Below are positions 20,086 to 32,142 of a DNA stretch of 64,000 nucleotides, in pieces (within the stretch, counting starts at the first letter, position 1; each line of letters begins with the position of its first letter). Under the pieces are notes generated by a model. The model had not been told where the DNA came from. It worked only from the letters and a program-made list of their open reading frames with translations, and did no database searches. Location: positions 9,950 to 73,949 of the forward strand of contig NZ_JBLIAB010000008.1 in assembly GCF_047631575.1 (NCBI RefSeq), written 5' to 3'. The DNA is from Halopseudomonas sp. Lineage in GTDB: Bacteria > Pseudomonadota > Gammaproteobacteria > Pseudomonadales > Pseudomonadaceae. A program made the translations under genes and the position numbers.

Positions 20086-20218
20086 GCCATTCTCCTTTAT
20101 GCGATGTTCAAACCCAAGCATAGCAGTCGTGGTCGTCAACCGGTTGCGGGCTGTGACCGACAATGTGACAGAGAGTATCATTGCTTCTTTTCGCCCATTG
20201 CATCAGGAGACAGCCTAA

Positions 20219-21166
20219 ATGAGGCAGCGGTGGTTTAGCAGGAGCCTGAACTTTATCGGCTGGCGACCTGATAGCACCAGCCATCAGGAAAAGCTGTTGT
20301 CGGCGGTAGGTGCGATCTTGTCGTTGATGCTGGTGTACTGGATTACGCATCTGGGCATAGCCGGTGACGGAGCACTCTGGGTGACCGGGTCGATGGGGGC
20401 GAGTGCGGTGCTGGTCTTTGCGATTCCGCATGGCACGCTGTCTCAGCCGTGGTCGGTGGTCGGCGGGCAGGTTATTTCCGCCAGCTTTGGTGTTGCCTGC
20501 GTGCTCTGGTTGCCGGCGGTTCCCTGGGTAGCTGCATTGGCTGTGGGTGGGAGCATCATGCTGATGATGTATGCACGTTGCCTGCACCCGCCAGGTGGTG
20601 CCACTGCGATGATTGTTGTGCTCGGAGGACCAGCAGTAGAGCAGGCCGGCTTCAATTTTGTGCTGTATCCCATCTTGCTGGATGCACTGGTCATCGTTGC
20701 TACGGCTATTGTATTCAACAGTCTTTTTGACTGGCGCCGCTATCCGCTGGCGCTCGCTAGAGCAGAGCCCGGCAAGCTGACTGGTATCGCACCGGAAGAT
20801 TTCCACCATGCGTTGCGCGAAATGAATTCGTATGTGGATATTCAGTTCGACGACCTGCTCAAGCTGGTAGAGCTGGCCAACTCCCATGCCAAAAGCAAGC
20901 GTGTTGCCGAAGAAGACCTCAAGGTGGGAGGTTTCTACAGTAATGGTATGCCCGGTAACAATTGGTCAGTGCGCGAAGTGGTACAGATCGTTGCTCGGCG
21001 TCCGGGCCGGCCGGGTAGGGTTCGTTATCGGACGATTCAGGGGTTGGGTGAGGGCGGAACGGGGATCAGTCGCCTGTCCGAGTTTGTTCGTTGGGCGCGC
21101 TATGCTGTTGAGCAGGACGACACAGGTTGGCATCGCCTGCGTGACAGCGAGCTATCGCCGGATTGA
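20219..21166 (+). CDS. HPP family membrane protein with a non-CBS C-terminal soluble domain
   Basis: SMGASAVLVFAIP..PLSQPW and CLHPPGGATA signatures; AGGAG RBS. Confidence 0.88.
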   Translation: MRQRWFSRSLNFIGWRPDSTSHQEKLLSAVGAILSLMLVYWITHLGIAGDGALWVTGSMGASAVLVFAIPHGTLSQPWSVVGGQVISASFGVACVLWLPAVPWVAALAVGGSIMLMMYARCLHPPGGATAMIVVLGGPAVEQAGFNFVLYPILLDALVIVATAIVFNSLFDWRRYPLALARAEPGKLTGIAPEDFHHALREMNSYVDIQFDDLLKLVELANSHAKSKRVAEEDLKVGGFYSNGMPGNNWSVREVVQIVARRPGRPGRVRYRTIQGLGEGGTGISRLSEFVRWARYAVEQDDTGWHRLRDSELSPD

Positions 21167-21245
21167 TGCTACAGACTATGGTGCCATAGCCAGTATTACG
21201 AGTATGGGTGCAATACCACTTTTTGTTCGTTCTTGCTCTTCCTTT

Positions 21246-21278
21246 AGCTTCTGCCCGCGAGGGCGCAGCTGTTTTTTT
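21246..21278 (+). terminator. Possible intrinsic terminator after the HPP gene
   Basis: AGCT-tct-GCCC-gcga-GGGC-gc-AGCT followed by a T7 run. Confidence 0.45.
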
Positions 21279-21402
21279 GCCAGGGGAAGGGGCTTGCGCG
21301 TAACAGTTCAAGCTTCAAGTCTTCATCAGCTGTAGCTGTGTGCCGGACACGGTGCGGCAGTAGAATATGACTACCTTCCCCCCTCCCTGTTTCGAGTTTT
21401 CC

Positions 21403-22383
21403 ATGCACGTCTCGTCTGGTCGCTGGTTGTACGGTTTTTTGTTGGCAATGATTACCACTGTTCTCTGGGCTGTTTTGCCTATCATGCTCAAAGAAGTGCT
21501 CAAGGGGATGGATCCCTACACAGTTACCTGGTATCGGCTGTTTACGGCGGGAGTAGTGCTGTTTGTCTGGTTGGCCTGGAAGCGCAGGCTGCCTTCGATC
21601 CTTGCCTTGTCGACGACCAATCGCTGGTTGCTGGTGGTCGCTATCCTGGGTCTGACGTTTAATTACGTCCTTTATCTTATGGGCTTGAGCCGGCTGACAC
21701 CGGGCACCATGCAGCTGATGATCCAGGTCGCACCGGTTATGTTGATGCTGGGCAGCATGTGGGTTTTTCGTGAGCGTTTTGGTATTGGTCAGTTGATCGG
21801 CTTGATGGTTCTGTTGGTGGGGTTCGTGCTGTTTTTTAATCAACGTCTCGACGAACTGTTTACCCAGATGACTAGTTATACGCTGGGCATTCTGATTACC
21901 CTTGGGGCGGCGCTGACCTGGGCGCTGTATGGTTTAGCGCAGAAGCAGCTTTTAACTATCTGGTCGTCGATCACGGTCATGATGGTGATCTATCTGGCTT
22001 GCTCTGCGCTGCTGCTACCCTTGGCCAATCCCGGTAGCATCTTGCACGTGACCACGCTTCAGTTCTGGTTGTTGGTTGGCTGTTGCTTGAATACGCTGGT
22101 GGCGTATGGAGCTTTTGCTGAGGCACTGGTGCACTGGGAAGCTTCGCGCGTAAGCGCAACGATTGCGACAACGCCGCTGTTTACTTTTGCGATGGTGGCG
22201 GTGGGCTCAATGCTTTGGCCGACAGTGATCAAACCGGAACTACTGAACAATCTGGCCTATCTGGGCGCCTTGCTGGTCGTCAGCGGCTCGGCGTTAGTAG
22301 CGCTGGCGCCGAGTCTGATCCAAAAGCTCAGGAACCGCCGTCTTCGCCGTCTCGCCATCACGCCGCCACCGGCAAGCGTCTGA
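21403..22383 (+). CDS. DMT/EamA family transporter
   Basis: About 10 TM segments in two EamA repeats; LAFGAFAEAL-like motif (VAYGAFAEALVHWEASRVSA). Confidence 0.88.
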   Translation: MHVSSGRWLYGFLLAMITTVLWAVLPIMLKEVLKGMDPYTVTWYRLFTAGVVLFVWLAWKRRLPSILALSTTNRWLLVVAILGLTFNYVLYLMGLSRLTPGTMQLMIQVAPVMLMLGSMWVFRERFGIGQLIGLMVLLVGFVLFFNQRLDELFTQMTSYTLGILITLGAALTWALYGLAQKQLLTIWSSITVMMVIYLACSALLLPLANPGSILHVTTLQFWLLVGCCLNTLVAYGAFAEALVHWEASRVSATIATTPLFTFAMVAVGSMLWPTVIKPELLNNLAYLGALLVVSGSALVALAPSLIQKLRNRRLRRLAITPPPASV

Positions 22384-22443
22384 TTTAGCTGGTAAGAGCG
22401 CCGGCCCCGGCGCTAAGGGTTACAGAGCATGAACGCGACAATA

Positions 22444-23835
22444 TTAGCTATGCTTGCCTACCATTTGCTCTGGCTTGACCGTTTTATCGAAGGCGGCTGC
22501 ATCCAGATAGCCGAGGGCCAAGGCGGCCTGCTTGAGCGTTGTGCCTTCGGTGTATGCCTTCTTGGCGATGTCTGCCGCTTTGTCATAGCCAATCACCGGG
22601 TTTAGCGCTGTGACCAGCATCAGGCTGTTGTCCAGATGCTCACGCATCCGTTGGTTGTCCGGCTCCATACCCTCCACGCAATGTTCGCAAAAACTGTTGC
22701 AGCCATCGGTGAGCAGCCGTATGGATTGCAGCAGGGTATGGATGATGACTGGTTTGAATACATTCAGCTGCAGATGGCCGCTGCTGGCCGCAATGCCTAG
22801 AGTCACATCGTTGCCCTGAACCTGACACGCGATCATCGACAGCGCCTCGCACTGGGTTGGGTTGACCTTGCCGGGCATGATTGAGCTACCTGGTTCGTTG
22901 GCCGGCAAGCGGACCTCGGCGAGCCCGGCCCGTGGACCGCTGCCCAGCAGTCGCAGGTCGTTGGCCAGCTTCATCAATGTGGCAGCCAGTTGCTTGCAGG
23001 CGCCATGCAACTGGATCAAAGGTTCATGACCGCTGAGTGCGGCAAACTTGTTTCCGGCGCTGGTGAAGGGTAAACCGGTCAATCGTGCAACTTCTTCGGC
23101 GACCCCAGTGGCGAAACCGGGCGGCGTATTCAGTCCGGTGCCCACTGCTGTGCCGCCCTGGGCGAGGGCACACACATTGGGTAATGCCTGCTCCAGTGCT
23201 TGCAGGCCCATATCGAGCTGGGCGACGAAGGCCGACAATTCCTGGCCGAAGGTGACCGGTGTCGCATCCATCATGTGGGTGCGGCCGATCTTGATTAGAT
23301 GGGCATATTGGTGCGCCTGCCGGTTCAATGATTCACGCAGTTTACGCACGGCGGGGATCAGTTTTTTTTGAGTCTGTATGACGGCTGCGATATGCATCGC
23401 GCTGGGGAAAGTATCGTTTGAGCTCTGGGATTTATTCACGTGATCATTGGGGTGCACCGGTTGTTTTCCACCGAGTGGCCCACCGGCCAGCTCGTTGGCC
23501 CGCCCGGCAATGACTTCATTGGCGTTCATGTTGCTTTGGGTACCGCTACCGGTCTGCCAGACGGACAGGGGGAAATGATCGTCCAGACGGCCCTCTGCAA
23601 CATCGTCAGCGGCCTGCTCTATTAGAGTGGTGGTTGCGTCGTCCAGATTCCCTAGTGTGTGATTGACGCGAGCAGCTGCCTTCTTCAGTAACGCTAGTGC
23701 GTGGACGACAGCGAGAGGGATCCGTTCCTCGCCAATCGCGAAGTAATGCAGCGAGCGCTGGGTCTGGGCGCCCCAGTATCGGTCGGCAGGGACCTCGATC
23801 TCGCCCATGCTGTCCGTTTCGATGCGTGTGCTCAT
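22444..23835 (-). CDS. fumC: Class II fumarate hydratase
   Basis: [24 protein letters not shown] and [13 protein letters not shown] signatures. Confidence 0.96.
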   Translation of the reverse strand: MSTRIETDSMGEIEVPADRYWGAQTQRSLHYFAIGEERIPLAVVHALALLKKAAARVNHTLGNLDDATTTLIEQAADDVAEGRLDDHFPLSVWQTGSGTQSNMNANEVIAGRANELAGGPLGGKQPVHPNDHVNKSQSSNDTFPSAMHIAAVIQTQKKLIPAVRKLRESLNRQAHQYAHLIKIGRTHMMDATPVTFGQELSAFVAQLDMGLQALEQALPNVCALAQGGTAVGTGLNTPPGFATGVAEEVARLTGLPFTSAGNKFAALSGHEPLIQLHGACKQLAATLMKLANDLRLLGSGPRAGLAEVRLPANEPGSSIMPGKVNPTQCEALSMIACQVQGNDVTLGIAASSGHLQLNVFKPVIIHTLLQSIRLLTDGCNSFCEHCVEGMEPDNQRMREHLDNSLMLVTALNPVIGYDKAADIAKKAYTEGTTLKQAALALGYLDAAAFDKTVKPEQMVGKHS

Positions 23836-23918
23836 GTTGATCCTCCGAGTAGTCAATGCAAGTGATGACTGTCAGTATAGAAGCTGGATTTCATATTCCC
23901 GGAGAAACCAGTAGATCC

Positions 23919-24440
23919 ATGCGTATTCATTTGTTGCCGCTGCTGTGTTGGCTGCTGCTGGGCGGTGTTGGAATAACCAACTCGGTGATGGCTGACGAAA
24001 CATCGCATCGTGCCAGTGCCGAGCGGTTTCTCAAACTCGCTAATGCAGAGAGCATGACCGCACCGGTGTATGACCAGGTAGAAAGGCTGATTACCGCGCA
24101 TTTCTCGCAAATGGGTGGATCCATGCAGTACGAATCGGTTCTGCGTCGTTACCAGCAACAGGCCCGCCAGATGCTGGATCAAGAACTCGCCTGGGATGCA
24201 CTGCGTGACGAATTAGTGGATCTGTATTTGCCGTTGTTCAGTGAGGAAGAGTTCGAGCAGCTGGCACAATTTTATCAATCACCAGCCGGCCGCAAGCTGA
24301 TGAAGTATCTGCCGCAGCTCACCCGCGAATCCATGGCCATCAGCAGCGTTCGGGTCAAGGAATATATTGAACCCGGAATACAGGGGTTGCTGGAACGAAT
24401 GACAGAAGAAATTGAGGCTCGCCAACAGGGTCTGCGCTAG
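23919..24440 (+). CDS. DUF2059 domain-containing exported protein
   Basis: Signal peptide; LY..LFSEEE..QL..FY.SPAGRKL motif. Confidence 0.8.
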   Translation: MRIHLLPLLCWLLLGGVGITNSVMADETSHRASAERFLKLANAESMTAPVYDQVERLITAHFSQMGGSMQYESVLRRYQQQARQMLDQELAWDALRDELVDLYLPLFSEEEFEQLAQFYQSPAGRKLMKYLPQLTRESMAISSVRVKEYIEPGIQGLLERMTEEIEARQQGLR

Positions 24441-24483
24441 CGCTTTGCGCATTATTTTATCAACTGAGTACAACGGAGAGATC

Positions 24484-24810
24484 ATGGGCGATATTCAGAA
24501 CGCGCTTCACCAGGCAATGCAAAGTCTGCAGCCGGTTCACCTCGAATTGGTCAATGAAAGTTTCATGCACAGCGTGCCGCCCGGTTCAGAGTCGCATTTC
24601 AAAGCGGTGATAGTCAGTGACGAGTTTGCCAGTCTGAATGCCGTCAAGCGTCATCAGGCGGTATATCGCAGCCTGGGCGATCTGATGTCGAGTATCCACG
24701 CGCTCGCGTTGCATACGTACACGCCGGCCGAATGGAATGCCCGCGAGCAGGCGCCGGACTCGCCCAATTGCCTGGGGGGCGGCAATACTGACGCCAAGGC
24801 AAACCCCTGA
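24484..24810 (+). CDS. bolA: BolA family protein
   Basis: NESFMHSVPPGSESHFK..KRHQ..IHALALHT motifs. Confidence 0.92.
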   Translation: MGDIQNALHQAMQSLQPVHLELVNESFMHSVPPGSESHFKAVIVSDEFASLNAVKRHQAVYRSLGDLMSSIHALALHTYTPAEWNAREQAPDSPNCLGGGNTDAKANP

Positions 24811-24894
24811 CGCAGCTGTCGGCCTCTGTTAGAATCAGCCGGCGAAAATGGTGCGCCCTTTACGGGGGCGATAACTGAATACAGAGGTATGTTC

Positions 24895-25836
24895 ATGTCC
24901 CGGATTGTTGTGGTGGCGTTGTACAAGTTCGTCACCTTGGAAGATTATCAGGCGTTGCGCCAGCCTTTGCTGGATACCATGCTGGCCAATGGCGTCAAAG
25001 GTACTTTGTTGCTGGCGTGGGAGGGCATCAACGGCACTATTGCCGGTCCGCGAGAAGGCATGGATGCGGTGCTCACCTGGTTGCGCAGTGATGCCCGCTT
25101 GAGTGACCTCGATCACAAGGAATCGCTATGCGCTGACATGCCGTTTTACCGCACCAAGGTCAAGTTGAAGAAAGAAATCGTGACTATCGGCGTCGAGGGC
25201 GTCTGTCCCAACGAGACGGTCGGGACCTATGTCGAGCCTACCGACTGGAACGCGCTGATCAGCGATCCCGAGGTGCTATTGATCGATACCCGTAATGACT
25301 ATGAAGTCTCCATCGGTACTTTTGAGGGCGCGATTGATCCAAAAACCCAGAGCTTTCGCGAATTCCCCGAGTACGTAAAGGCTCATTACGACCCGGAAAA
25401 GCACAAGAAAGTAGCGATGTTCTGCACCGGTGGCATTCGTTGCGAGAAGGCCTCTAGCTTTATGCTTCAACAGGGCTTCGATGAGGTATTTCACCTCAAA
25501 GGCGGGATTCTCAAGTACTTCGAAGAGGTTCCGGCTGAGCAAAGCCGCTGGAATGGTGAGTGTTTCGTATTCGATAACCGAGTCACTGTCAGGCATGATC
25601 TTGCACCCGGTTCCTTTGATCAGTGCCACGCCTGCCGTCATCCGATATCTGCAGAAGAAAAAGCCTCCCCGCACTACGAAGAGGGCGTCAGCTGTCCACG
25701 CTGCTATGACAGCCTGCCAGAGAAGAGCCGGCGTCGTGCCGAAGAGCGTCAGCGTCAGGTGAAACTGGCAAAGCTGCGCAATCAGCCGCACCCGATTGGG
25801 CAACAACAGACACAGACCACGCCCGATATCACCTGA
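24895..25836 (+). CDS. trhO: Oxygen-dependent tRNA U34 hydroxylase TrhO (YceA/UPF0176, rhodanese domain)
   Basis: [29 protein letters not shown] and [10 protein letters not shown] motifs. Confidence 0.9.
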   Translation: MSRIVVVALYKFVTLEDYQALRQPLLDTMLANGVKGTLLLAWEGINGTIAGPREGMDAVLTWLRSDARLSDLDHKESLCADMPFYRTKVKLKKEIVTIGVEGVCPNETVGTYVEPTDWNALISDPEVLLIDTRNDYEVSIGTFEGAIDPKTQSFREFPEYVKAHYDPEKHKKVAMFCTGGIRCEKASSFMLQQGFDEVFHLKGGILKYFEEVPAEQSRWNGECFVFDNRVTVRHDLAPGSFDQCHACRHPISAEEKASPHYEEGVSCPRCYDSLPEKSRRRAEERQRQVKLAKLRNQPHPIGQQQTQTTPDIT

Positions 25837-25857
25837 GATGACCCAACGGAGAGGCTC

Positions 25858-26816
<959 letters not shown>

Positions 26817-26836
26817 GTGGGTAAATACCGGAAATG

Positions 26837-26866
26837 AAAAAGGGCCTGACAAGACAGGCCCTTTTT
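26837..26866. terminator. Bidirectional rho-independent terminator
   Basis: Perfect 12-bp stem AAAAAGGGCCTG / CAGGCCCTTTTT with a 6-nt loop, between convergent genes. Confidence 0.9.
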
Positions 26867-26881
26867 CTCAACTGTTACCCG

Positions 26882-27469
26882 TTAGTGGCGCGACAGCAAT
26901 GCCGGCTTTGGTTTGTCTTCAGGGGCATGGAAGAGCAGAAAGAGCTGGGTCAGAATTTCTGGTATGTGCTGCATCATATCGTCGACCATGTCTGCATCCT
27001 GGGACATTTCGGCAAACTCGGGCTGGTCTTCGAACAATCCGGAACCGACCATGATGGGTAGCAGTAACTCGCTGACAGTTTCTTCGTCCTTGTCGAACCA
27101 GTCTTCCTCGCGCAGGAAGACACCTTCCAGAAAACCGATACACCAGCTACGCAGATCCGACAGATCGGGCTCGTCACCCAGACTCAGGTCACAGGGTGGC
27201 TCAAGATCCTCATCGCTGGCGAGTTCGCGTGCAATCTGGGTCTTTAATGCACGCAAGCCGGCCTCAATATCAGTTTTTTGTGCGTCACCCTGATAATTAG
27301 GCGTTTCGGAGAAGAGCTCGGTGATCCACTCCTCTTCGGGTACGTCTATTGGACTGATGCACAGCGCGGCGAGATACCCGTGTGTGGCCAGGTAGTCCAG
27401 TGCTTCATCGTGCAGGTCGTCGGCATCAAGAAATTCCTGCAGGCGCTCGAGTTGGTCGGCGAAGGACAT
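26882..27469 (-). CDS. YecA/UPF0149 family protein
   Basis: LDYLATHGYLAAL..P.E.W and WCIGFLEG motifs; very acidic; GAGG RBS. Confidence 0.8.
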   Translation of the reverse strand: MSFADQLERLQEFLDADDLHDEALDYLATHGYLAALCISPIDVPEEEWITELFSETPNYQGDAQKTDIEAGLRALKTQIARELASDEDLEPPCDLSLGDEPDLSDLRSWCIGFLEGVFLREEDWFDKDEETVSELLLPIMVGSGLFEDQPEFAEMSQDADMVDDMMQHIPEILTQLFLLFHAPEDKPKPALLSRH

Positions 27470-27642
27470 GGGACACCTCATAGTGGATAATGCGAGCATT
27501 GTACGCGCGCCTCATCGCTTTTGCCAAAGACACAGAGCCCAAGCTGATGTGCGGCGCTGTCGAAGCGGGCAGGGCTGTTACAATGCGTCGCCAACCGGGC
27601 TGATGCCATGTTTAATTCGTCATCTTCAATTCAGGGAGACCC

Positions 27643-29772
27643 ATGCGCGAGCAAGCTCTGCAGCGACTCAAGGACATTTTCGGCTACGCCGAGTTTCGCG
27701 GCCAGCAGGCCGATATAATCGACCAGGTAGCTACTGGTGGCGACGCTTTGGTATTGATGCCCACTGGCGGCGGCAAATCGCTGTGTTATCAGATCCCCGG
27801 ATTGCTGCGTGACGGCCTCGCGGTGATTGTGTCGCCCTTGATCGCATTGATGGACGATCAGGTCGCTACCTTGATTGAACTGGGTCTGAAAGCGGCTGCA
27901 TTGAACTCCACTTTGACCGACGATGCTCAGCGCGAGATCGCCGGACAACTGCGCCGGGGTGAGCTGGACTTTCTCTATCTGGCGCCCGAGCGGTTACTCA
28001 AGCCGCGTACCCTGCAATTTCTGCAGACGCTGGATATTGCACTCTTCGCGATTGACGAGGCGCACTGCGTGTCCCAATGGGGACATGATTTTCGACCTGA
28101 GTATCTGCAGCTGGGCCAGCTAGCGGAGCATTTTCCCCGTGTTCCGCGCATAGCGCTTACCGCAACAGCAGATGAGCGCACACAGCAAGACATCAGCCAG
28201 CGTCTTAAGCTCGAAGAGGCGCCCTGTTTTATTTCCGGTTTTGATCGCCCCAATATTTTTTATCGAATTGTTCCCAAGGACAAGCCACGCCAGCAGTTGT
28301 TGAGCATGCTGGCCCGTCACAAGGATAATGCGGGCATTGTTTATTGCCTGTCTCGGCGCAAGGTAGACGATACGGCCCAGTGGCTGAGCGCTCAGGGTTG
28401 GCCAGCGCTGCCGTATCACGCCGGATTGCCATCAGAGCTGCGTGCGACACACCAAAAGCGTTTTCTCAATGAAGAAGGCCTGATCATGGTGGCGACCATT
28501 GCTTTTGGCATGGGGATTGACAAGTCCAATGTGCGTTTTGTTGCGCATATGGATCTACCCAAGAGTATCGAAGCCTATTATCAGGAAACGGGCCGCGCGG
28601 GACGCGATGGTTTGCCCGCCGATGCCTGGATGGCCTATGGCCTGCAGGATGTATTGATGCTCAACCAGATAATGGCTAATTCCGAGGGCGACGAGCGGCA
28701 CAAGCGTATTGAACGTCACAAACTCGACGCCATGCTCGGATTATGCGAGATAACCAGTTGCCGCCGGCAGATGCTACTGGACTATTTCGGTGAAACCATG
28801 CCCGAACCCTGTGGGTACTGCGACAATTGCGTCGAACCGGCTGATACCTGGGATGGTAGCGAGGCAGCACGAATGGCTTTGTCCAGCGCTTACCGCAGTG
28901 GTCAGCGCTACGGTGTGGGACACCTGGTGGATATTCTGCTGGGACGTGACAACGAGAAAATCCGCAGCGCTGGGCATCAGCATATTTCTACCTATGGCAT
29001 CGGCAAGCATCTGTCCGAGCAAGAGTGGCGTTCGGTATTTCGCCAATTGATCGCCCGTGGTCTGGCTGAAATTGATCTGGATGGTTATGGCAGTCTTAGG
29101 TTGTCCGAGACTTGCCGGGCGCTGTTACGCGGCGAGGAGAGCCTGGCGCTGCGCAAGGATGCCACCCGTACTTCGGTATTGCCGTCGCGCTCTGGCGAAA
29201 AAGCGGTTATCGCGGATGCCGACAAACCCTTGTGGGAAGCACTGCGGGCATTGCGCAAGAAGCTGGCCGAGTCTCATGGTGTTCCGCCTTATGTCATTTT
29301 CCCCGATTCGACGCTGGTCGACATGTTGCGTCAGCGTCCCGCTAATTTGCAAGATATGGCGCTGGTGAGTGGTATCGGCTCGCATAAACTGGAGCGCTAT
29401 GGCGCGGACTTCCTGCAGGTGCTTGTTGGTGATGCGCCTGCGGCGGCTGGCGCCGAGGAAGCGAGCCGGGATGCCCAGGCGTTAGCCATGGCTGGTATGG
29501 GTGCTGAGCAGATCAGCCGGCAATTGAGTCTGTCGGTCAAGCAGGTCTACATGCAGCTCGCGCAAGCGATCAGCATAGGCAAGCTAGCGCTCCACCAGGC
29601 AGTCGACTTGCCACCGGGCCAGCTCGAGCGCATTCAGGACGCCTTCCTTAATGACGCCGAAGAGGATCTGCCAGGCGTGCGCACCGTTGCCAAGGAGCTA
29701 GAAGAGCCGGTGGATGAGGGTGTGCTGCATTGCATCCGTGCCGCGCTGATTCATGAAATATCGGGCGCTTGA
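27643..29772 (+). CDS. recQ: ATP-dependent DNA helicase RecQ
   Basis: [25 protein letters not shown] and [10 protein letters not shown] motifs, zinc domain, RQC and HRDC. Confidence 0.97.
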   Translation: MREQALQRLKDIFGYAEFRGQQADIIDQVATGGDALVLMPTGGGKSLCYQIPGLLRDGLAVIVSPLIALMDDQVATLIELGLKAAALNSTLTDDAQREIAGQLRRGELDFLYLAPERLLKPRTLQFLQTLDIALFAIDEAHCVSQWGHDFRPEYLQLGQLAEHFPRVPRIALTATADERTQQDISQRLKLEEAPCFISGFDRPNIFYRIVPKDKPRQQLLSMLARHKDNAGIVYCLSRRKVDDTAQWLSAQGWPALPYHAGLPSELRATHQKRFLNEEGLIMVATIAFGMGIDKSNVRFVAHMDLPKSIEAYYQETGRAGRDGLPADAWMAYGLQDVLMLNQIMANSEGDERHKRIERHKLDAMLGLCEITSCRRQMLLDYFGETMPEPCGYCDNCVEPADTWDGSEAARMALSSAYRSGQRYGVGHLVDILLGRDNEKIRSAGHQHISTYGIGKHLSEQEWRSVFRQLIARGLAEIDLDGYGSLRLSETCRALLRGEESLALRKDATRTSVLPSRSGEKAVIADADKPLWEALRALRKKLAESHGVPPYVIFPDSTLVDMLRQRPANLQDMALVSGIGSHKLERYGADFLQVLVGDAPAAAGAEEASRDAQALAMAGMGAEQISRQLSLSVKQVYMQLAQAISIGKLALHQAVDLPPGQLERIQDAFLNDAEEDLPGVRTVAKELEEPVDEGVLHCIRAALIHEISGA

Positions 29773-29784
29773 TGTTCGCTGTGA

Positions 29785-31965
29785 TCAGAACGTCTGGCCA
29801 AGCTTCATGTACACCGCACGATCGCCTTCCTGGTTTGCTCCGATACCGAAAAATAGCGGGCCGAGGAGCGTATCCAATCCCAACAAGAGGCTGCCGGCAC
29901 TGATATACCCCGTGTCGAACCCGTCATCTTCTTTATTGTAAACGCGCCCGTACTCGAAACTGGCTCCCAGGTAGACCGGAAGACCCACCGGTCCGAACTG
30001 CCCAGGGTTCAGGCGGAGATAGTACAAAAGACGGGCAAGATTATAGTTTTGTCCCGCCAGACTATCCTGACGGAAGCCCGAGAACTGTCCGGGCCCGCCG
30101 AGCAGATAACTGCTTTGCGCTACACCGACTTCTCCATCAGTGCGTCCCAGAGAGCCGCCAAACTGGAAGCTGTTTGCGCCGGACGACAGAACCCTGCTGG
30201 CGCGCAGCTCGACTTGGCGGTAACGATCATCAGCCCCCAGGGCCGGCTCAGACTGGCGCCAGACAAAACGCGCTTCGTCGCCGGAGCGTGGAAAGTTGAC
30301 GTTATCCAGCGTATCGCGGTCGAGCTGAAGGGTATAAAAGGCTTCTTCGAAGCCGAATGAGGGCAGCCCTGGATCGCCTAAGCGCACATCCGCTTCACCA
30401 CGATAGCGCGAGATACCTAAGCGTATCTCGCCGCTGTTAGCGATTTGCCTGCCGATATTCAAACCGACTCCATAACGCGTTTGACGGTAATCGGCGATCG
30501 GATCATTATCGACGATTACCTCGACATTGCGTGCCTCGGCATCGACAAAAGGCGCCACGAAATACCGCGAGCCATAGTCCAGTGGCTGATAGAATTCGCT
30601 ATAGAAGATCTGATGCTGGCCAACCTGTAGACGTGTCAGCCATTCTGCACCCAGCGGATTGACGCCGTTCACACGAAAGCTTGCGCCGATATTAAATTGG
30701 CTACCACCGTTAAAATCATCAGCCAGGCTGAGTCCGAGGCGAAGATAATCAGTGCCTGTCTCGCGACCGCTGGTACGCACCACCAGAGTATTAATCTGCT
30801 CGCCATGGCTGATTTCGTAATTGACGCGGCTGAAGTAATCGGTGCCGTAGATGGTTCCCATGTCGGTTTCCAGCCGAACCAGATTCAAGGGTTCATTGAG
30901 CTGCTGGCGGATCATGCTGCGCACGACTTCGTCTGCCACTTTGCCAGTATTCTTGATACGTATCGCATGAATTATCGGCTGTCTTTCCGGCCTACTATCG
31001 TGGGGACCCAGGCTTTCTGCGGTCTGCGGCTGTCCCGCGACATAGCGCTGAATATCGGCACGTCCGTCCAGGCTCTTAGCACCAGCCTGAATCGCAAAGG
31101 CGACTTCTTCGAAGCTGCTGAAGCCCATAGCGCTAAGCTCCGGTTGCAATAAAAGGTCCTGGGGGCCCAAGGTGTCTAGTTGCTCCTGGGTATTTGTACG
31201 TGTCAGTAGGCTCGTGGTCTGGTCCATGACATCAAGTATAGAGTTGAGCTGCTCCGCAGATTTCAGCGGTGTGCCGATATCGACGACAATCAGACGATCT
31301 ACCCCCATCGCACGCGCGACATCCACGGGCACGTTTTTCACCAGCACACCGTCTACCAATAGCTGTCCATCTACGCGCACGGGTGCGAAGAAACCGGGTA
31401 GAGCAATGCTTGCGCGTATAGCCAGCGGCAGGTGGCCATGATCAAAAACCACCGCCTCTCCGGTGGCGATATTGGTCGCGACGGCCCGAAATGGTATGGG
31501 CAGACTATCGAAATCATCAATGTCATTGGTGTGAACTAGAAGGGTCTCGAGTACCAGCCCCAGATTCTGACCCTGCAGCAGTCCCAGCGGCAAGTTGGGC
31601 CTGCCGCGGTCGAAGCTCAGCCGTTGTTTGACCAAAAAGTCGCGGTCGTCCTGTTTGCGACGAAACGGAATGTCCTCGCGCAATGGGTCGTCCCCGAGTG
31701 TGGTCTGCCAGTCGAGCTCCAATGCAATCTTTTCGAGTTCGGCAGCGCTGTAACCCGCAGCATAGAGGCCACCGATCACCGCACCCATGCTGGTTCCCGC
31801 AATCGCATGGATAGGAATGTTGCGTGCCTCCAGTTCCTTCAGTACGCCGATGTGTGCCAGCCCGCGGGCGCCGCCACCTGATAGGACCAAGCCCGTACGC
31901 AGTTCCTGCGCTGAAGCGAACGGAGAAATGGCAAGTAGCACAAGCAGGCAGAGGCGTTTGAACAT
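29785..31965 (-). CDS. plpD: Patatin-like phospholipase plus POTRA plus 16-strand beta-barrel (type Vd, PlpD-like)
   Basis: Signal peptide, GGGARG oxyanion loop, GTSMG nucleophile, DGV catalytic Asp, C-terminal barrel ending in aromatic F. Confidence 0.85.
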   Translation of the reverse strand: MFKRLCLLVLLAISPFASAQELRTGLVLSGGGARGLAHIGVLKELEARNIPIHAIAGTSMGAVIGGLYAAGYSAAELEKIALELDWQTTLGDDPLREDIPFRRKQDDRDFLVKQRLSFDRGRPNLPLGLLQGQNLGLVLETLLVHTNDIDDFDSLPIPFRAVATNIATGEAVVFDHGHLPLAIRASIALPGFFAPVRVDGQLLVDGVLVKNVPVDVARAMGVDRLIVVDIGTPLKSAEQLNSILDVMDQTTSLLTRTNTQEQLDTLGPQDLLLQPELSAMGFSSFEEVAFAIQAGAKSLDGRADIQRYVAGQPQTAESLGPHDSRPERQPIIHAIRIKNTGKVADEVVRSMIRQQLNEPLNLVRLETDMGTIYGTDYFSRVNYEISHGEQINTLVVRTSGRETGTDYLRLGLSLADDFNGGSQFNIGASFRVNGVNPLGAEWLTRLQVGQHQIFYSEFYQPLDYGSRYFVAPFVDAEARNVEVIVDNDPIADYRQTRYGVGLNIGRQIANSGEIRLGISRYRGEADVRLGDPGLPSFGFEEAFYTLQLDRDTLDNVNFPRSGDEARFVWRQSEPALGADDRYRQVELRASRVLSSGANSFQFGGSLGRTDGEVGVAQSSYLLGGPGQFSGFRQDSLAGQNYNLARLLYYLRLNPGQFGPVGLPVYLGASFEYGRVYNKEDDGFDTGYISAGSLLLGLDTLLGPLFFGIGANQEGDRAVYMKLGQTF

Positions 31966-32059
31966 GGGGTTGACCTGAATCCGAGCCGGGATCTAAACAA
32001 GGTTATTGTATACGAGCCTCAGACCAAATAGGCGCAGCAATGGATTGTCATCTCCCGCG

Positions 32060-32088
32060 CTGTCATGCAACGGTCATTCGCGTGTCAT
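32060..32088 (+). promoter_or_regulatory. Pho box (PhoB direct repeats)
   Basis: CTGTCAT-gcaa-CGGTCAT-tcgc-GTGTCAT: three GTCAT units at 32062, 32073 and 32084 (exact 11-bp period), plus TTGTCAT at 32045-32051. Confidence 0.78.
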
Positions 32089-32142
32089 TCGCTTGCAAGA
32101 CGTTCCCGCCAGGCTGCATTGGTATGCATGGGAGACGCAATC

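Noticed and set aside
21244-21843. 199-aa minus-strand ORF
   Set aside because: Antisense to the EamA transporter and crosses a probable terminator.
27557-27572. CTGT-N8-GCAG upstream of recQ as a LexA box
   Set aside because: Mismatch in the right half-site and a GC-rich spacer.
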